A DNA stretch of 64,000 nucleotides from Eledone cirrhosa (GCA_964016885.1 OZ024740.1:126604001-126668000); one strand, 5' to 3'. Shown: positions 1 through 14,255, counted from the stretch's first letter. The notes: generated by a model not told the origin, from the sequence alone. Numbers and translations: made by a program.

Positions 1-840
1 TCTAGGTGGTTCAGTACTAATTTTTGGATTGTTGGTTCAAATCATGGTGGTTTGAAGTTTGTGAATCTAGTAGCTATTTTATGCCTACAGAAAATGAATC
101 CCATCGTACCTTAAGATATGTAGTAGGTCTACATTTCAAAGCCCGCAGTGGTACACACCGTTGCTGTAGGTTTTTGCTACCGATAATTTTGGCCAGCTAA
201 TCTTATATTCTAGGTTTTTGTCCTTAAGATGCCAGATTTTATTGGCGAGCGTCGTACATTTCTCCAGTGCACGGTTCTTCATGGAGTGTCTGTGGACGTA
301 TCACCTTTTCTTGAACTCCCCAGCTGTGGAACCTATGTAGTGCCAAGTAGAATTGCCTGAATTCACAGTACACAGGTATACTATACTCGAATCCAGGCAT
401 CTATTCCGTAGGGGTCACTTATCAGGTAGGTGGCAATTACAATTTTAGGTTTTATTTTGTGCAGGTTCATCGTTGCGGATGGTTGTGATTTAGGCATATT
501 AATGTTTTGTTGTGATGCGTTCTGATGCGTTTGTGGTTGTGATGTTGTTATGTGTTTGTGTTTTGTATTTGGTGCTATGGTGCGTGTTGGTAGGTTAATT
601 TATTTAGATATATGTTTGTGGTTGATCTTACGTATATGCGATTCTATGTTGGCTGCAGTAGAGTAGGAAAGTTTTATAGTTTTTCTATTGAAGAGTTTAT
701 GGTATTTGTGTAGTGTAGGGAAGTGCTTATCTATTAGTTTAAATAATGTAGAACGTAGTTTAGTTGTTATAGAGGAGTTGAATATTGGATTCAACCATAG
801 GTACTTTCTATCGCTGGATCTTCTATAGTTTTGGGGGTCC
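1..840 (-). mobile_element. Inverted arm of a Naiad-like PLE 3' fragment (runs off the window start)
   Basis: Reverse complement of about 958-1825. Encodes RKYLWLNP..KLIDKHFPTLHKYHKLFNRKTIKLSYS and GIY-YIG remnants. Confidence 0.9.
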
Positions 841-2590
841 AACAACAACAAACCTATCGACAACAACACTACCCGCTCATATAGAAATACCAAGCATAGG
901 ACTAAGCATATAATGAGACAACGAACACCAAAAATAACCGAACAGAACACTAATGCAAGGACCCCAAAAAACTATAGAAGATTTGGTTCAATCCAATATT
1001 CAACTCCTCTATTAAAAACTAAAATACCTTCTACATTCTTTAAACTAATAGATAAGCACTTCCCTACACTACACAAATACCATACAATCTTCAATAGAAA
1101 AACTATAAAACTTTCCTATTCTGCTGCAGCCAACATAGAATCCCACATACGTAAGATCAACCACAAAAATATATCTAAATAAATTAACCTACCAACACGC
1201 ACCATAGCACCAAATACAAAACACAAACACATAACAACATCACAACCACAAACGCATCAGAACGCATCACAACAACACATTAATAGGCCTAAATCACAAC
1301 CCACCCACAACAACTTACAAAACCGCAACGATGAACCTACACAAAATAAAACCTCAAATTGTAATTGCCACCTACCTGATAAGTGACCCCTACGGAATAG
1401 ATGCCTGGATTAGAGTATGGTATACTTGTGTACTGTGAATTCAGGCAATTCTACTTGGCACTACATAGGTTCCATGGCTGGGGAGTTCAAGAAAAGGTGG
1501 TACGTCCACAGACACTCCATGAAGAACCGTGCACTTGAGAAATGTACGACGCTCGCCAATAAAATCTGGCATCTTAAGGACAAAAACCTAGAATATAAGA
1601 TTAGTAGGTCAAAATTATCGGTAGCAAAGCCTACAGCAATGGTATGTCCCACTGCGGGCTTTGTAATTTAGAACTACTACATATTTTAAGGTACGATGGG
1701 ATGCTGCTTAACTGCAAAATAGAAAGATCTATTTTCTGTAGGCATAACATAGCTACTAGATTCATAAACTTCAAACCACCATGATTTGAACCAACAATCC
1801 CAAAGTTAGTACTGAACCACCTAGATTTTAACATATGGAATACACACCATCGCACTGTTATTAGCTGTCAAGCGACCAACTGGTCACTGGATCATAAATC
1901 TCTGAAGATTTCTTTCACCCTCTCTCCCTGAAACAGCATCAAATCCATTAAGATAGAACAATCAGCAAAACATTTACAACAAGCGTTTATCAAATGTACC
2001 GCGATCCCTAGCCCAAAAATATCATACATGTATCCGCCAATTAATCTCTAATTTATTGTCTTTTCTTTTATCGGACCCTCTACACGTATCTATGTACATC
2101 TCGAATCTGGTTTCTCATGTTGGCACTAAACTCACCAGCGATCCTTAGAAGAACACTTACTCAAAAACTACTACGATGTACTTACACGCTCTCACTTATT
2201 TCTTTCTTTATATTTTCCTTTGTCTCATTTTCTTATTTTTTAATATCTTATATTTTACTTTTTACTTTTTACATCTGTAACTTCTCTACCTATTTACCAT
2301 ACCTGTTTTATTATTGATGTTATTGTTTTGATTGGACGCTATTTTATTATTGTTGTTATTAGTTTGATTATACGATATCTTTGTATATATGTCTTGCCTC
2401 GAGTGAATTACTTTCATATCGACTTACTCTGATGTGTTGACCAGAGGTAAATAACGTATTGGAGATCGAATGACACAACCTCAAGCGATTAGCGAACTCT
2501 AAACTCACCTGATCAACGAAACACTTGTCAGTACTTTAAATAAAACCTTTATTGTACAGTCAATCATGTTACACTTCATTCTTTAACTAT
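841..2590 (+). mobile_element. 5'-truncated Naiad-like PLE: thumb/linker, CxCx5C knuckle, GIY-YIG endonuclease, 3' UTR with HHR
   Basis: LIDKHFPTLHKY..IKLSYS; CNCHLPDK*PLRNRC; MVYLC..HYIGSMAGEFKKRWYVH; CGLC..E; FCRH; stop near 1781. HHR at 2425, AATAAA, then (TA)n. Confidence 0.88.
2425..2533 (+). ncRNA. Type I hammerhead ribozyme with long stem II (A9U variant)
   Basis: tact-CTGATGT-gttga...tcaac-GAAAC-actt-GTC-agta, followed by AATAAA. Confidence 0.72.
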
Positions 2591-2623
2591 ATATATATAC
2601 TGTATATATATATATATATATAT

Positions 2624-3482
2624 AATAACTAGAAATTGATTAGCATATACATAAACATGAATAATCACAGGAGATAATTTTTACAAGTGTGTAACCACAC
2701 ATAGCTAGGTAGGTAACTAAATAAAGTTGACCAGAACTTCAAAAATAGATACCTTATAATATGATTAATCTTCCCTGTATATATTCCATTAAAGAAACAT
2801 ATTTCACCAATTAATCGGATGGTAAACTACGGAAGTGGATACTTAGAGAAGTTCCAGCGATCCGTGTTTACACTTCAAGTTCAAATCAGCGACTGGCCAG
2901 CAACGCGTGCTATATCTACTAGAAATGCACACATCATACTAGCTTCGTCCCAGTGGCGTGAATAGGGTTATGGACAACTACAAACAGCAGTCGATTCCTT
3001 TCAACAGAGTTAGCTCTACAATTAAGGAGCCGTATTTATATATCTATATCCAAAATTAAGATAAATCAAATGAATTTAATCTAAATCAAAATTATGGGTG
3101 TCATGCCAGAAAGACATGCGCCATATCACCCGCAAAATAAGCTCTAAGATTCCAACGAGTAGGTCCGAGCATTTTATAATAACTAGAAATTGATTAACAT
3201 ATAAATAAACATGAATACTCACAGGAGATAATTTTTACAAGTGTGTAACCACACATAGCTAGCTAGGTAACTAAGTAAAGTTGACCAGAACTTCAAAAAT
3301 AGATACCTTATAATATGATTATTCATGTTTATGTATATGTTAATCAATTTCTAGCTATTATAAAATGCTCGGACCTACTCGTTAGAATCTTAGAGCTTAT
3401 TTGCGGGTGATATGGCGCATGTCTTTCTGGCATGACACCCATAATTTTGATTTAGATTAAATTCATTTGATTTATCTTAATA
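2624..3482. repeat. Non-coding repeat family with ~552-bp partial tandem and fold-back
   Basis: 2624-2770 recurs at 3176-3322. 3320-3482 is the reverse complement of about 3055-3215. The same family occurs at 17297-18190. Confidence 0.8.
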
Positions 3483-3669
3483 TTGTATATATATATAATA
3501 ATAAATTTGAAGACTAAAATCCAAAGAGGGCTCGATAAGGATAAATATATATCAAATATATAAGAACCGTAGAGCAAATATTTATTAAAATAGCAGATTA
3601 AAGTTTAAGCTAAGAATCGCTGCTTTTACTCTTAACGGTATCTTCTGAAACTAACAAAGTCAATCCCTT

Positions 3670-4266
3670 ATGACAAAGCATTTTCCCCCTACACATAAAT
3701 ATAGTAACATTTTTAATATAAATACTATTAAAATGTCTTACTCTACGACGCCTAACCTTGCACATAACATCACAGCTTCAAATTTAGCTAAACTACCTAG
3801 CCGTAGGAAAACGTGCAACCCTGTAGTTAGTACTAACTGTAATTGTAGGAATCGGGTTGATTGCCCCCTATCCGGGAAATGCCTCTCTAGTAACATTGTC
3901 TACAAATGTAAGTTTGAAATACCCACGTCCTGTAGGGCCTACATATGGTTAACTGCCAAAAGGTTCAAGCATCGTCTTTACATGCATACCCATTCTTTAC
4001 GGTACCCTCTAAAAGGAATATGACGTCACTTTCAGCTGTCTAAAGACAACCACACCCAATATAAGTTACACTGGGAGATCCTAGTTAGGGCTAGATCGTA
4101 TTATGGAAATACAAGACCATGTGACCTCTGCGCCGCTGAGGCCCTGGAAATACTCTACGCCACAGACCACATCTTAAACAAAAAATCAGAGGCAATTTCG
4201 GCTTGTAAACATAAATTGCATAAAACTTTCCTGTATTACAGACCCACATTATACCCTAACGGATAG
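3670..4266 (+). pseudogene. PLE C-terminal GIY-YIG fragment (upstream tandem copy)
   Basis: KHFPPTHKY..CNCRNRVDCPLSGKC..IVYKC..YIW..RFKHRL; CDLCAAE. Confidence 0.85.
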
Positions 4267-5197
4267 TACGATCTAGACGCGGATATTTTACGTCTTGATG
4301 CGGTAGCTAAATAAATGTTATGCTTATACCATTACCTATTTGCATAGGTAAGTATATGTTACCTGTATGTTTTGTGAAGAGACGTATACTTTCTCGTACG
4401 TATATTTGTATGTATATGTTATGGCGTATATTTTATATATTCTGGTACATATGCTTTTGGTTATGTGTATACGTGAGTTTTGCGTCTGTGTGAGTATGCG
4501 GGTTTGTACGTATGTAGGGTGTGTGTATATGTGTACTTCGAGTTTTGGTTGACGTACGTCTTCGAACATTTGTGTATTTACATGTAGGTATGTGTGTGCG
4601 CTTGTCATATACGTATTTATTTATATATATACGTTTATTTAATTATTTGTATACACGCACACACACACTCACACATTTATATTTGCGTGTATTTGTAAAC
4701 CTATGGCGAGTGTTTCCGCGTATGCTCGTGTATGTACATATTTGGATGCGTGTATGTATTTATTTAATTTCAATTACCTCTGTATTTTATTTACTTTATT
4801 CTTAACTCTTAAGCGGAAAATCATTCGGTTTCCTAGTTAGAATTTTAGTCTACGACTTCAGTTATACCATTTACGTGGTTTTGTCTTTGAGTGCAATTGT
4901 TCTCCACGCGCCACATATGACGACGTATTATTCTCGGTTTTTTCCGCTCATTGCCAGAGAACGTCTCTATGAATCACCTTGAGAATATTAGTCTACGACT
5001 TCTTCTATACCATAAATGTGGTTCTTTCTTTGCGTGTAATTGTTTTTCACCGCTCCAAATAATGACGTATTATATTCATTTTTTCCCGTTCTTTGCCAGG
5101 GAACGTTTCCACGAACCAAAGTATCGTCTTCCTGTCTTCCTCCGGTTTCAATGTTTTTTGAAATATTCACTTCTGCGTTTACAGATTGACTTTGTTA

Positions 5198-5246
5198 GTT
5201 TCAGAAGATCCCGTTAAGGGTGAAAGCAGCGATTCTTTGCTTAAAT
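5198..5246 (+). ncRNA. Hammerhead-like motif, CAGAAGA (U4A) variant
   Basis: gttt-CAGAAGA-tccc gttaa gggt-GAAAGCA..TGCTT-aaat at the PLE terminus. Also at 16140-16190 (+), 14655-14705 (-), 31423-31473 (-) and 3602-3652 (-, decayed). Confidence 0.6.
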
Positions 5247-5401
5247 ATTAATCTGTTATTTTAATAAATATTTGGCCTACGGTTCTTATATATTTGATAT
5301 ATATTTATCCTTATCGAGCCCTCTTTGGATTTTAGTCTTCAAATTTATTATTATTACTATTTGGCTCCCTCGGTTGAGCACTTTATTTACGTATATTCAT
5401 C

Positions 5402-7488
5402 ATGCAGAATATTTCTACAAAGAGCATACCCGTACCAAGCAGGAAAACATATCTAAAACTCCTGATACAGAAAACAGACGCGTTCATTAAAAGGTTGCGT
5501 TGGCGTGCCTTTTATTTCGATAATCCGCGAAAAGCAGACAACAAACAGGATACATTTGAATTTAAAACCTATAATAACCCCCCGTGTAACCCAGCATTGC
5601 TACCCTTCGAAAATGATGTCTTGGAACTCATATGGAGTATCAAATTTCGGAATAGGAGTAATTCCTTCCAGCAGGACCTGAAGAATAGAATTCGTTCTAT
5701 TAAGGATTCTAATGCCGTGCACGTCCATTCCGACAAAACTGGCAACCGATATCAAGTGGAGCGCAGTACTTACCATCAACTACTACATAATGCTGTAACT
5801 AAGGATTACCGTAAAACTAATCGGTGCGTCATCACTGAAATCAACGACGCTGGGTTTCAAATCACCTCTGATCTCAACATCCTGGACCGGACCGAACCTC
5901 TGGACCCTATTCCTCCCCACTTTACCCTGAAGGATCACAAATCCAATTTTCCGAACAACCCCTCTATTCGGCTTATTAACCCTACGAAGTCCGATTTAGG
6001 TAGACTTAGTAAAAGGATTATTGATAGAATTATACCTGAAATTAGAAGTTTGGCCCCTCTTGCACTGTGGAACAATTCTTTCACGGTGATTGAATGGTTC
6101 AACGGCATATGCAAAAAGGAACATTGCCGTTTTATTCAATTCGACATCAATAATTTCTACTCCTCCATCACTATATCACTTCTTCTTAGAGCTATCAATT
6201 TCGCTAAAACACTCACAGTGGTTAAGGATTTAGAAGTTGATGGCATCCTCAATGCCCGTAAGTCGGTGATTAATTTCGACGATTCTATTTGGATTAAAAA
6301 ATCCAATAGTACCCTATTCGACGTGAGTATGGGCGCCAGCCATTCTGCTGAAGTTACTGATCTTATCGGCCTTTTCCTTCTTTTCTCTATCAAGGACGAA
6401 TTCCCCAACGTGGGCGATGGCGTGTACCGTAATGATGGTCTTTTGATCATGACTAAGTGCGGCCCTCGTGCTTGCGAGAGGTTCAGAAAAGAACTCACAG
6501 CCTACTTTAAAGGCTTCAACCTCTCTATACATGTTGAGGCCCACCTCTCGGTCATTAATTACCTCGACGTTACCCTCAATTTATCGAATGGCTTGTATTA
6601 CCCGTATAGAAAGCCGAATAATACGCTTAATTACATAAGTAAGCATTCCAACCATCCTGCCAGCATAACAAATAACCTGGTAAGAAACGTTTCGTTGAGG
6701 CTGTCCCGTCTATCTACTAACGATCATATTTTCAACGACCATTACAATGAAGCTCTTGCTCGGAGTGGATCTGTCTATAAGGTAGCATATACAGAGTACG
6801 AAAATAGACCTAGAAGAAATAGATGCCGAAGCATTATATGTCATAACCCACCATATAATATGATGATGGCCACACCATTAGCAAAGATCTTTCTATCCCT
6901 TATTACGAAGCATTTTCCCCCTACACATAAATATAGTAACATTTTTACTTACTCTACGACGCCTAACCTTGCACATAACATCACAGCTTCAAATTTAGCT
7001 AAACTACCTAGCCGTAAAAACACGTGCAACCCTGTAGTTAGTACTAACTGTAATTGTAGGAATCGGGTTGATTGCCCCCTATCCGGGAAATGCCTCTCTA
7101 GTAACATTGTCTACAAATGTAAGGTTGAAACACCCACGTCCCGTAGGGCCTACATATGGTTAACCGCCAATAGATTCAAGCATCGTCTTTACATACATAG
7201 CCATTCTTTTCGTTACCATCTAAGAAGGAATATGACGTCACTTTCAGCTTATATCTGGAGTGTAAAATCAACCACACCCAATATAAGTTAGACTGGGAGA
7301 TCCTGGTTAGGGCTAGATCGTATAATGGAAATAAAATACCATGTGACCTCTGCGCCGCTGAGGCCCTGGACATACTCTACGCCACATACCACATCTTAAA
7401 CAAAAAATCTGAGACAATTTCGGCTTGTAAACATAAATTGCACAAAACTTTCCTGTATTACAGCCCCACATTATACCCTAACGGATAG
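5402..7488 (+). pseudogene. PLE ORF: reverse transcriptase + GIY-YIG endonuclease (Naiad-like), probably inactivated
   Basis: N-terminal STKSIP..FIKRLRWRAFYF; SDKTGN; TLKDHK; RLINP; FDINNFYSSI; SMGASHSAEV; YRNDGL (YRDD with D>N); YLDV; YRKPN; SNHP; CNCRNRVDCPL. Frameshift near 7267, then WEIL..CDLCAAE..LNKKSE..ACKH, stop 7486-7488. Confidence 0.93.
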
Positions 7489-9327
7489 TACGATCTAGAT
7501 GCGGATATTTTACGTCTTGATGTGGTAGCTAAGTATATGTTATGTTTATACCATTACTTATTTGCATAGGTAAGTATATATTACCTGTATGTTTTGTGAG
7601 GGTACGTATAGTTTCTCGTACGTATATTTGATTGTATATGTTATGGCGTATATTTTATATATTCTGGTACATATGCTTTTGGTTATGTGTATACGTGAGT
7701 TTTACGTCTGTGTGAGTATGCGGGTTCGTACGTATGTAGGGTGTGTGTATATGTGTACTTCGAGTTTTGGTTGACGTACGTCTCCGAACATTTGTTTATT
7801 TACATGTAGGTATGTGTGTGCGCTTGTTATATACGTATTCATTTATTTGTATACGTTTATTTAATTATGTGTATGCACGCACACACACACACACACACAC
7901 ATTTATATTTTCGTGTATTTGAATACCTATGGCGAGTGTTTCCGCGTATGCTTGTGTATGTACTTATTTGGATGCGTATATGTATTTATTTACTTTAAAT
8001 TACCTCTGTATTTTATTTACTTTATTCTTAACTCTGAAGCGGAGAATCATTCGGTTTACTAGTTAGAATTTTAGTCTTCAACTTTAGTTATACCGTTTAC
8101 GTGGTTTTGGCTTTGCGTGCAATTGTTCTCCCCGTTCCACATATGACGTATTATCTTCGTTTTTTCCGTACATTGCCGATTAAATTGGCCCAGTGTATTA
8201 CTGGCGCTTTACTTTATCGACGCAGTAAGGATGAAAGCAAGGAATGCACATACCCACACACGCACACGCACACACACACATATGAATCAAATTGTTTTAC
8301 AACGTGCCACCTTGTCCGAGCAACGTACTTATAACGATGAGCCCAGAAATTTAACAACTGCTATATTCTTGTATGGATATCAGGTATTTCTGATAATGTG
8401 TATATACTTATTATAATGGTGTGTTCAAAGTTATAAAAACTCCCTATATGTTTAGAGAAAAAATGTATTGCATTAGTGATATCAATTTAATATCATGCGT
8501 CTCAAGCATGATATAATTATAGGGAGGAAAGATCCGCCCAAACAATACCTATAAGAGTAATATCAGTTCAAAATATATATTATGTCAGTCGATTCGTGGG
8601 AGCAAGAAATATCTTACATTCCTAAAAGTGTCTTAGAAATATTCGATATTAGAAAATATTCAGAATAGAATAGACTTCTCTGTGGCTATTTGTAATATGC
8701 TGTTGTAAAACCTGCAATTTATCATATATACGCTAAATAATATGGGGAAATCACAAAAGAGAAAAAAATAGTGATAAACTGAAAAGCTGAACAATATTAC
8801 GTACAAAACAAAACCCACTCAAAATATCACTGCAAGCTGTCCATTTCTATCTTCATCGAATTCTTTCTATTATGGTTTTGTTCGAAGCGAATACATATCA
8901 ATCAAATGTCACATGGCTTTAAATAACAGCCAAAAATAATTTTTTTTTTTACTTATTCTTAGATGTTATATTTTTGTTTTTACATTTTGTTTCTCTTTTC
9001 TATTTAAACGTATATTATTTGAACTTCATGCACAAATTGTTCCTTGAAGGAATCGTTGCTAACATTTTCTTTCCTTTTATTTCCCATATAATTTCTCCTT
9101 GCTAAATATGTGTGTCGCTTTTGTTGTTTTTCTTAGCTGTTAGTTTCATACTATATGCCATTGACTCATTCTTGACCCGAAATACATACTGCACTTTAAC
9201 AAACATGAGAAAACAAAATCTATTCTCAACAAAACTTGCAAGATAATTAAGTCCTATAATACGGATCTTACTGCTTTTGTTGTAACCCTCCTCTCTGATC
9301 CTCTTTATGATTATTTTCCTCCTCCAC

Positions 9328-9367
9328 ATCATTATCATCATCATCATCATTATCACCATCATCATCA

Positions 9368-9436
<69 letters not shown>

Positions 9437-9443
9437 TACTACT
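9328..9443. repeat. (CAT)n/(TAC)n microsatellite
   Basis: Directly visible. Confidence 0.95.
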
Positions 9444-9859
9444 ATAATTGTTAATGTACGTAAGAAATATGGCAAATATTTTGTTTAGCATTATTTGTTC
9501 ATTGTTTATTAGTATATTGAAGGCACTGATTGCACAAAATTGTATTTGTTACTCTTAAATATCTACCGTTTCAGAGTAACACTGAAAATAGCAAAGATTA
9601 TGTTTTGGAGAGTTCCTTACACTATAGTATGTACTCCTTTTACTTACATATTCGAAACCATATATTTCAATATTTGAATATGTGATACTAATCTAAAATT
9701 TTGATTGAAAGGTGTGCAAAGTGCTATGTTTCTTTTCTTCCCAAAATATGGTAAAAGATAATGTATAACAAGTTTAAAGAAAGTCCAGCGCTTCCGTATT
9801 GAGACACTGGTTTCTATAGTACTTGTGTTTCATTGCGAAAGCCTTCCAGTTTCAGAGTC

Positions 9860-10250
9860 ACCAGCAACTGTAATTAATATTGAATAGCAAATTCTTCTCT
9901 TGCGAAGATGAGTGGCAAAAATTGTTGTCCTGTTCCATGATATGGCTGTAGAGGCCAATTCTCCTCCTACAGTTTCTGGTACAATTGGGGAAAGTGTATA
10001 TTTGGTCAGTTGGTGGTTTGGTGGCGGACAGCTTTCTTCTTTGATATTTGTCTTCAGCCCCCACCTTCCTGCCCTCTTCAAAGCTGACTGCAGCTGTTTA
10101 GATGGTCACTCTTCAGTTCTCTCTGTCCTCCACCAGGTGATCCCATTCACTGTGATCAATATTGCATTGGATCAGCTGGTGATTGAGTTGGTCCTTGAAG
10201 CGTTTTCGGGGAGCCCCTTGTTTTCGATCGCCTTGAGGTAATTGGCCGTA
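9860..10250 (-). mobile_element. RTE-type LINE 3' fragment
   Basis: Minus-strand QLPQGDRKQGAPRKRFKDQL..EWDHLVEDR and C-terminal PNCTRNCRRRIGLYSH zinc-finger remnant. Confidence 0.75.
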
Positions 10251-13200
10251 CAAAACTTTAAGTATAGAAATATGTAATATGATCCTATAACCTGAACAAT
10301 TAAACGCACTCCTAAATTCTCAATTAAAACTAATATTCCTTTTAACTTCTTACAGATTCTCTACGAGAGAACGAAGACTAAGATCATAATAAACAGCTGC
10401 GATGCTTGCTTTGCAGAATAGATAAAAAGGACAATCAGTTTTCAGTAATGTAAACAGGAAATTGATTAAAATTTCTTCTAAATTAGAAATATAATGAAAG
10501 TAAAATTATCCCTGGGTGAATGATTCCATATACGCTTAATAAATACAAATCAAACATTGGTTTCAAAAATATCGATGACAGGTGGAAGCTATCATCATTT
10601 GTGAGATTATTGCATAATCCCACAATATACATGCTGATACAACTAAGATTGTCGATAAATAAATCATGTGTTAAATAGAATTATTAAAATGTTGCTGCGA
10701 AGATTGATACTACTGATAAAACATCTATGGTAATTAGATTGTTGCGTTGAATAACAGTTATATATATATTTCCTAATAAGAATTATTTGGACATTTACAA
10801 GAAACTCGGTCGAGATTGGAATCGGTACTAAACGGGTTATAGAATGTCAACATTGCTGCACATATTAATTTCCGGACGTCAAATGAGTGTGGGAGAAACG
10901 ATTTTACTGCTCTCCATCAATATCGGCTGAGAATAAAACCTTGTTTTAATTCGGCAATTCCTGCAATTAGCTCTATCATTGAGCTTTTGAAAGCTGAATA
11001 TTTTAGCTAAAGCTGGCCATAGTCACCTATCTAATCCTATAACCCACTGACATTGCTACGTTGTTCGTTCCACAGCCTATGTTTCCTGATTAGTACAAAG
11101 ATAACATTTCAGATGCCAAATGTCTAAACTTGATCTTGGCTTACTCCAGCTTGCGATCAGTTACCCACTTCATAACATTTCTAACATCAGCAGTTGAGAC
11201 GGCTGTTTCTGAAGCAGTTTCTATCGGGTATTGGGAACTGCACTAACGGATTTTTAAGGCTTTCATGCCCTGCTTCCACATCGTATTTTTCAGAGACAAT
11301 CTTAGATATCTGGTATTGTATAATAAGATTTACTTTCAAGCCAAATACTGGTTGCGTGAATTAATGCAACATATATATACTACCGATATGTTAGATGAAA
11401 ACAACATATAATATGAAATATAATATTCTGTATAACTACATTAGAAAATATCGCCAAGTCTACATTAACCAATATATTCATAGTAAATGTGTACAAAAAC
11501 AATATTATCAAAAAGTCAAATGAATTCTACGTTTCCTTTCGAAGTTCATAATGTATCATGAAACCATATCTGAATATACGTTTTGAAGAACACTTTATTA
11601 CTTTTAAATGTAAGTAACAGCACTTTATTTTCAAAGAAAACATAAATAGTTTCACGTTAACTTTCATTAATGTTAAATATCTTTAAATTGTTCTATGTTA
11701 TACAAAGTATATAAATTTCAGGGTGGTGGTCGCTGTGATAAAAATATACATATATATTTAGCTACTTTTAATAACAAAAAACGATAGCGTTAAAAGTTTC
11801 GGTATAATTAAATGAAAGTGCATACAAGTTAAAATTATATGTGGCATGAGAGAAGCTGTCAATGCCAGAAAATACCATAGAATTTACGCATATTTATTTC
11901 GTAAAGTAGCATCTTGCTGACGTTGTGACTAGAACTGAAGTATTTTGCTCTGTCTCTGTGCTATTATTGGGCAGCATTTTTCATTATCTCAGCTCTAATT
12001 CCTTTTCAATATTGGAAAATTGGAACTGATAGAAGACGTTTGACGCTGATGTTTAATTCAATTTATTTACCTTGCTAACTTTGAAGTCGCTTTCATCCAA
12101 AGAACTAGTTTTTAAATTGTTGGCTTATGGAGCGAATAATAGCAATGATGTATGGAAACATATTTGATAGCACATATCAATCCGTGCTGTAATTATCCTT
12201 TGTTTGACTTTTCCGATGCTGTGCATATTAAGAAAAAATTGTTTATTTAATTAACCCTTTGCTGTTGCTAATACTAAAAACAGTGTCTGTGCGAGCTTTT
12301 GAAATATAGATTAATTAAACGTTCATGTTCGATTTTTTGACACAGCCCAATCAATAGATATATCCCCTCCTTAAGTGGTTCTTAAATCCCTTTCGCGAGT
12401 AAGACGTAAATAAAATTTAGAAAGATATTGTCTACTGAGGATGTTGCAACATGTGTAACTAGTTTGTTCTCGTCATGCAAGTGTCGGTGGTTGAACTATT
12501 TGTAAAAGACTGCTGTCTCATATTCAATTCTTTTGGGGTGTATATGTTTCATACATCTGTATATGCAAGGGAATCTGTAGGTGTACGGAAAAGTGTATAT
12601 ACCAATGTGTGAATGTGACTATACGTTGTCCGTTTGATATGCGACCCAGTCTGCATGGGACGTGTATGAAAAGGATTAAGTTGTAGACATGCAAATGTAT
12701 CTTCACAGCACATTTATGTATATAGTGCTTTTACATATATGATGTAATGATTAATAAACAATGTGCATTTAAGATGAAAGCAACCTGTGAATTTATAAAT
12801 ATATGTTCTTCAAGAAAAGTACTCTATAACATTCGTTTGATGACAGCTTGTGTAGAATATCCTGTTGTTTTGCGTGATAGCCTGTTTGTAGAATAAGCGC
12901 CATTTGTCGAAAGAGCAGCAATGTTGCAAAACGCGTAAGGCTGCTGGATCTCAGAATGTCGTTGCACGAATGCTGCCAGTATTCGGGGTGGGCGTCTATT
13001 GTCTCACTGCTGAACTTCGTGTACTGCTAACCATAAGTAGATTCATTGGCTGAATGTGGTATATGTGCTGTGTAAATTTAAACTAAACACTAAGCAGAAT
13101 CTGTTATGTACCTGAAAAGATTATGCAAGTTGATCTGCAATATGAATACAATATGTGTGCTATTTTGAAATGATTGTTAGAAGAGAGTATACATATATAT

Positions 13201-14007
13201 GTGTGCGTATACATGCATGTATTTGATCCTCCGATACTCAAATGAACATATTGTGTGATATATGCATGTGGATGTATATACATGTATGCGTATGGCGTCG
13301 ATAATCTGTATATTCAGCGTGATTTGAACTACACGAATATATATGCAATGGTCAAAATGTATTTTTTTCTTTGCATTGTTTAATAAAAAATATGTATGCG
13401 AAAAAAAAACATGCTTAACTGTAACTAGATATATCAAAAGTAGTGACAGATTGTCTTTTTAGTGGGCTGCTAAACTGTGTTTCTGTGTTGTAGCAATACT
13501 ATTGTAAGCTCAAATCATTATCCAATATACCATAAAAGATAAAATAGATAACTGTATAGTGATCAGCGAGGAATGATGCAGGAACTCAAATTCTACTTGC
13601 TGCTCTGACCTTTGAATAGTGAAATGACGAGCCATCTCCTATTGGAATGTCAGTGCCCATATGAATGTAGCCGTGCGTTCGAGTCAGACATTTCGTTAAA
13701 TGATAAATCACTAATGTAGAAATAAAAATATAATTCTATAACAGTAGAATTCAACGATGTTATATTTGCATGAAGCGAGAATAGCTGAAGTATGCTTTTT
13801 TTGCATCATTTTTTACAACAATAATTTTAATCTGATAGTGGTATTTAGACTCTAAGTGGGGTTTAGACTCTAAGATATGGAAAAACATTTTCCATTTCTA
13901 AGATGGCTCTAAACCCCTCTATCAGGCTAACATTTCTTAAGTCAGAAAAACACCGAAAGCTTCTAATTCCATTTTCAAAAACGCTAGCTGTTTTTAAAAT
14001 AAACTTG

Positions 14008-14055
<48 letters not shown>

Positions 14056-14057
<2 letters not shown>

Positions 14058-14238
14058 AACGAGTAGGACCCCGAAGGCTGAGCTCAAGCCGTTTCGACGG
14101 CTAATTCTGGACTGAATTAGTCGAGAATTAGACGTCGAAACGGCTTGAGCTCAGCCGCCGGGGTCCTACTCGTTCCTCTTACCCACTCTACTACCCTAAG
14201 TATTGAGTACTTTGGTGCGTTATGGTCCACCTGGTTCC
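14056..14238. repeat. Fold-back fragment carrying the 3' half of an HHR
   Basis: 14056-14113 is inverted to 14117-14176. GAAACGGC-ttgagctca-GCCG(C)C forms stem III. Flanked by (TA)n. Confidence 0.65.
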
Positions 14239-14255
14239 TTACCACATTTCCTTCG

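Larger units (their letters stand above)
3494..8180 (+). mobile_element. Naiad-like PLE in partial-tandem (pseudo-LTR) arrangement with inverted 5' terminal piece
   Basis: 3494-3665 is an inverted copy of terminus 5184-5355. 3663-5360 is a 5'-truncated copy (EN + 3' UTR). 5361-8180 is the ORF copy whose 3' part repeats 3663-4960. Confidence 0.92.

Noticed and set aside
1902-1945. CTGAAGA...GAAA as an extra hammerhead
   Set aside because: Stems I and II do not pair.
1785-2420. SECIS element in the PLE 3' UTR
   Set aside because: I found no convincing AUGA/AA/GA kink-turn stem by eye. It needs a computational search.
10300-13850. Repeat-poor stretch as a possible gene or UTR
   Set aside because: No long ORF or recognisable motif.
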